Source: Chthoniobacteraceae bacterium (GTDB lineage: Bacteria > Verrucomicrobiota > Verrucomicrobiia > Chthoniobacterales > Chthoniobacteraceae). Taken from it: a stretch of DNA of 31,250 bases. Location of the stretch: NCBI GenBank assembly GCA_031409655.1, contig JANNXQ010000293.1:1-31250 (forward strand), read 5' to 3'. Below are positions 27,489-31,250 of the stretch, piece after piece. The position numbers and the translations under genes were made by a program. Below the pieces are notes generated by a model, which searched no databases, had not been told where the DNA came from, and saw only the letters and a list, made by a program, of their open reading frames with translations. Positions within the stretch are counted from its first letter, which is position 1, and each line of letters starts with the position of its first letter.

Positions 27489-29071
27489 TGAGCACTCTGC
27501 CCGATTCGCTCTGGCCCTGGCTGCTCCGCACGACGGTCGAAGGCGGGCTGCTCATTGGCCTGGTGCTGGCGCTTTGCTGGGCTGGTGCGGCCTATCTTTC
27601 ACCGCGGTCGCGGGTGGCGCTGTGGGTCGTCGTCGGGTGCAAGCTGCTCGTGCCCGCCGCGCTGCCGTTGGGCGTGGGCTTTGGTACACTTTTCAGCGCG
27701 CGGGTCGAGGTCGCGGGGGGGCCGCTGGTGGCGGTGGGGAGCCTCGGCTCCGAGATTTTCGCTGGGGGCGAGGGCGCCCCAACTCCTTGGAGCAACTCCA
27801 CAACCCCTCGATTTGAGAGCGTGCTCGCGGGCCTGTGGGCTGTGGGAGCGGTGGGCGTGATCGTGGCTCTGCTGATCCGCGAGGCGCGGTTCCGGCGCTC
27901 CCTGCGTGGCCTGCGAGTGGGCGAAGATCGCGAGTTGCTCGCGCTCGTGCGCGAGTGCTCTGTGCTGTGTGGGGTGAAGAGCGCGCCGCGAGTGCTCTTG
28001 CTGCCGGAGCGTTCCGGCCCGGCGCTGGCCGGCCTCTTTTCGCCGGTGCTCCTGCTGCCCGCAGATTGGCGGGAACGCTTCGATCGCGAGGCGCTGCGCC
28101 AGGTGATCTTCCACGAACTCGAGCACCTGCGCAGCCGAGACCTCGTCTGGAACTGGCTCGCCGCGCTCGTCGCCGCGGTGCATTGGTTTAATCCGCTGGT
28201 CTGGCTCGCCGCGTCGCGCTTTCAAGCAGACCGCGAACTCCGCTGCGACGCGCGCGCGCTCCGCCGCCTGGCCCCAGGGGAGCGGATCGCCTATGGCCGC
28301 ACTTTGCTCCGGATCTCCGAAGACTTTCTCGCACCGCCCGCCAGCGCAGGGCTGGCGCCGTGCGTGCGCAAAAACCCCGCCCTGCATCAACGCCTCACCA
28401 TGATCACCCGTCCACCCACCTCCACGCCCGCGCGGCAAGTCCTCTCCGCCGGAGCGCTCGGCCTGCTCGTCTGTCTCTCCTTTGGCTCCGCGCGCGCCGA
28501 GGAGGAGCCGGGAAAAGACCGCACCCGTGAGGGCCAGCGCAGCCCCGAAGCGCAGGGAGCAAAGCCTGCGGTGCGGGAAGGCGAACGGCCGCGCGAAGGC
28601 GGAGAAAAAATGCGCGAGGGTGATGGGCAAAAGCCGCGGGCGCGGGAAGGGGACGGTGATCGTCCAAAGACCGGGGAACGCGACGGCGAACGGCCAAAGA
28701 GTGGCGTGCGTGATGGCGAACGCCCGCGCAGCGGCGAACGGGATGGCGAGCGGCCGAAGAGTGGTCCGCGCGAAGGAGAAGGGGGACGCGCGCGCGAGGG
28801 CGAAAAGATGCGCGAGGGCGAGGGGACTGGTGGGCAGCCCATCGAGATCCGCGTGCTCGGAAACGGGGCCGAAGTGCGGATCGCAGAGCGCACCGTGCCG
28901 ATGAACGAACTGCGCGGATTCCTCTCCGGCTATCTGGTGGACAAGGCGGGGCGTCCGGTGGTGATCGATGCGGATGCGACCACGCCCTTTGCCGCCGTAG
29001 GCAAGGTGCTCGACGCTGCGCGGGACAGCGGTGCGAAGAACGCCCAGATCCGCCCCGCAGCCGCGCGGTGA
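27485..29071 (+). CDS. BlaR1-like M56 metallopeptidase sensor with a charged repeat linker and C-terminal ExbD/TolR-like domain
   Basis: GPALAGLFSPVLLLP, zinc motif HELEH, HWFNPLVW, RELRCD, YGRTLL. The C-terminal VVIDADATTPFAAVGKVLDAARDSG resembles the ExbD periplasmic domain. Overlaps the repressor stop codon. Confidence 0.88.
   Translation: MMSTLPDSLWPWLLRTTVEGGLLIGLVLALCWAGAAYLSPRSRVALWVVVGCKLLVPAALPLGVGFGTLFSARVEVAGGPLVAVGSLGSEIFAGGEGAPTPWSNSTTPRFESVLAGLWAVGAVGVIVALLIREARFRRSLRGLRVGEDRELLALVRECSVLCGVKSAPRVLLLPERSGPALAGLFSPVLLLPADWRERFDREALRQVIFHELEHLRSRDLVWNWLAALVAAVHWFNPLVWLAASRFQADRELRCDARALRRLAPGERIAYGRTLLRISEDFLAPPASAGLAPCVRKNPALHQRLTMITRPPTSTPARQVLSAGALGLLVCLSFGSARAEEEPGKDRTREGQRSPEAQGAKPAVREGERPREGGEKMREGDGQKPRAREGDGDRPKTGERDGERPKSGVRDGERPRSGERDGERPKSGPREGEGGRAREGEKMREGEGTGGQPIEIRVLGNGAEVRIAERTVPMNELRGFLSGYLVDKAGRPVVIDADATTPFAAVGKVLDAARDSGAKNAQIRPAAAR
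28652..28771 (+). repeat. Four 30-bp coding tandem repeats (DGERPKSGxR)
   Basis: DGDRPKTGER DGERPKSGVR DGERPRSGER DGERPKSGPR; synonymous positions have diverged. Confidence 0.85.
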
Positions 29072-29074
29072 CCT

Positions 29075-31093
29075 ATGTGGCGACCGGCCCAAGGAGTAGG
29101 GGCGCTCCCGCCCCGAGTGGCAAAAACGGGACGAGGGCGTCCCTGCTCTTGGTGGCTGCTCGTCGTCTTTTTCAGCACCGCGGCGTTCGCGGAGACCCCG
29201 TGGTCTTATCGACCAGTCGTGCGGGCCGCAGCTCCCGCCGTGCGGGATGCGGCTTGGGCGAAGGGTGATATCGACAGTTTCATCCTGGCCAAGCTCGAAG
29301 CAGCCGGACTGCGGCCAAACGGCGACGCCGATCGCCGCACCCTGGTCCGCCGTGCGGCGCTCGATCTCACCGGCTTGCTGCCGACCGCGCCGGAGATCGA
29401 CGCCTTCCTCCGCGATCCCGCGCCCGACGACGCGGCCTTCGCCCGGGTGGTCGATGCGTATCTCGCCTCGCCGCGCTTTGGCGAACGCTGGGGGCGACAC
29501 TGGCTGGATGTGGTCCGCTACGCGGACAGCGTGGGCCGCACTTGGAATGCGCCTTTCACCTATGCGTGGAAATATCGCGACTGGGTCATCGACTCGCTGA
29601 ATGCGGACAAACCCTACAACCGCTTCGTCGCGGAGCAGATCGCGGGTGATCTTCTGCCAGCGCAGACGGTCGAGCAGCGGCGGGACCAAATCATCGGCAC
29701 TGGCCTGCTCGCACTTGGCGCGATGGAGTTGCCTGGGGGGCAACTCGAGCGCTTTGCCATGGATCGCGTGGACGATGAGATCGATGTGGTCACGCGCGCT
29801 TTCCTCGGGCTCACGGTGGCGTGCGCGCGCTGCCACGATCACAAGACGGAACCAATCGCGAAGCGTGACTACTATGCGCTCGCCGGCATCTTCTCCAGCA
29901 CGCGCACGCTTTCTGGACAGGGCCACGGGGGTGATCTGACGGGCGCGGGTTACGTCGATCCGGAGTTGCTCGTCGATCTGCCGACGCGGCTCGATGCGGT
30001 GGTCGGTCCGCCGAAAAAACTCCCCTCTGGCATCCACTCCATGGGCGATGCGATGGCGCTCGGGGGCGGGCTCAAGCAAGCGCCGCGCTATGATCTCGAT
30101 CCGCACTTTGCCCTCGGCGTGGTCGAAGGCGAGGCGCGCGACTGCGCGATCCGCATCGGCGGGGATCCTTTTGAAAAAGGGGAAGTACCGGCGCGCGGCG
30201 ACCTGCGCATCCCTGGCCTGCCGACGCTCCCGCCCGTGCCCGCAGCCGCGAGCGGCCGGCTGGAACTCGCGCGCTGGATAGCCTCGCCGACTCATCCGCT
30301 GACGGCACGGGTGCTGGCGAATCGTCTCTGGCAGCATCTCTTCGGGCGCGGGCTCGTGCGGACGGTGGATGACTTTGGGAAAACTGGCACTGCACCTTCG
30401 CATCCCGAGTTACTCGATCATCTCGCGACGCGCCTCCTCGAGAATGGCTGGAGCATGAAGAAGACGGTCCGCGAGCTGCTGCTGAGCCGCCCGTATCGGC
30501 TGAGCAGTGCGAGCGCAGCGGCAGCGCGGGAGAAAGATCCGGACAATGAACTTTACTGGCGGATGAGTCCGCGGCGGCTGGAACTCGAACCGCTGCGCGA
30601 CACCATGCTCCAGATTGCGGGGGTGCTGAAAGGGGAGCGGCCCGCAGGAATCCAAGTGGCGGGTTACGGCGGCAAAGGACGCGCGGGCTCGACGGTGAGT
30701 CTGCTCGATCTCGAGGCGCCCTACCGGACGGTTTATCTGCCGGTGCTCCGCGACAAACTGCCCGACGCTTACGGCACCTTTGACTTTCCTGAGCCGACGC
30801 AGATCAAAGGCGAGCGCTACGTCACGACTTCGCCTCCGCAGGCGCTCTTCGCGCTGAATAGCGACTTCGCGCTGCTGACGGCCCGCGAGACGGCGGCGCG
30901 CTTGATCGAGGCTGGGGCAAAGAAGGACGACGAGTTGGTGCGCGCCGCTTACCAGCGGGTTCTCTGTCGCGAGCCGGATGCCTCGGAGGTCGCCGCCGCC
31001 CGCGAATTGCTCGCGAGCCTCGAAAGGCAGCAGGGAGTCGCCGTCCTCGCGCAAGCGCTCATGGCCACGGCGGAGTTTCGACATGTGTGGTGA
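29075..31093 (+). CDS. DUF1549/DUF1553 (PVC-type cytochrome c-like) secreted protein
   Basis: [43 protein letters not shown], CxxCH motif [61 protein letters not shown]. Confidence 0.93.
   Translation: MWRPAQGVGALPPRVAKTGRGRPCSWWLLVVFFSTAAFAETPWSYRPVVRAAAPAVRDAAWAKGDIDSFILAKLEAAGLRPNGDADRRTLVRRAALDLTGLLPTAPEIDAFLRDPAPDDAAFARVVDAYLASPRFGERWGRHWLDVVRYADSVGRTWNAPFTYAWKYRDWVIDSLNADKPYNRFVAEQIAGDLLPAQTVEQRRDQIIGTGLLALGAMELPGGQLERFAMDRVDDEIDVVTRAFLGLTVACARCHDHKTEPIAKRDYYALAGIFSSTRTLSGQGHGGDLTGAGYVDPELLVDLPTRLDAVVGPPKKLPSGIHSMGDAMALGGGLKQAPRYDLDPHFALGVVEGEARDCAIRIGGDPFEKGEVPARGDLRIPGLPTLPPVPAAASGRLELARWIASPTHPLTARVLANRLWQHLFGRGLVRTVDDFGKTGTAPSHPELLDHLATRLLENGWSMKKTVRELLLSRPYRLSSASAAAAREKDPDNELYWRMSPRRLELEPLRDTMLQIAGVLKGERPAGIQVAGYGGKGRAGSTVSLLDLEAPYRTVYLPVLRDKLPDAYGTFDFPEPTQIKGERYVTTSPPQALFALNSDFALLTARETAARLIEAGAKKDDELVRAAYQRVLCREPDASEVAAARELLASLERQQGVAVLAQALMATAEFRHVW
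29094..29148. repeat. GTAG-REP-like hairpin inside the 5' end of the DUF1549/1553 ORF
   Basis: GAGTAGGGGCGCTCCCGCCCCG / CGGGACGAGGGCGTCCCTGCTC form a 22-bp stem with 3 G-U pairs and 2 mismatches on the + strand. Confidence 0.6.
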
Positions 31094-31250
31094 GCCACAC
31101 CTGGGAGCGGGGCCGGCTCGTGGGGGTACGGGAAACCCCGCCCCGCGCGCGCAAATGAAACAATGAGCCCGAGGCCCGCGGGGTGCGAACGCAGCCGATC
31201 GACGTACAGGATCCCGCCCACGCGCCCGCCCACGAGCTTGATCGCGATCT

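Noticed and set aside
31094..31250. Absence of a DUF1501 partner gene; possible hairpin GCTCGTGGG (31116-31124) / CCCACGAGC (31229-31237)
   Set aside because: The window ends 157 bp after the stop, so absence cannot be judged, and the 9-bp core is too short to call.

Overview
GC-rich core-genome window from a bacterium, probably Verrucomicrobiota (PVC group); this is inferred from the DUF1549/DUF1553 protein, the ParE type and the repeat families. Left to right: 3' part of a type IIA topoisomerase B subunit (parE-like), tRNA-Val(GAC), a small hypothetical gene, a partial complex I operon on the minus strand (lipoprotein, fused nuoE-nuoF, nuoG, H, I, J, K, L; no nuoA-D, M or N), glmS, glgC, a DUF1460 amidase-like gene, smc, a TerB-like + degenerate-FHA + ABCG-type transporter, korAB-type 2-oxoacid:ferredoxin oxidoreductase, and a BlaI / BlaR1(M56)-ExbD / DUF1549-DUF1553 operon with a BlaI-type operator. 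No integrase, transposase or CRISPR array is visible. The most striking signal is a recurring architecture of 7-nt tandem-repeat arms facing an inverted copy. It occurs at five intergenic junctions with four different heptamers, once in-frame inside the SMC hinge, and once as a one-armed 3x7-periodic tract. Also seen: a perfect Rex-type palindrome upstream of the nuo operon, two MITE-like elements and several REP-like hairpin families, one apparently translated inside a signal peptide.
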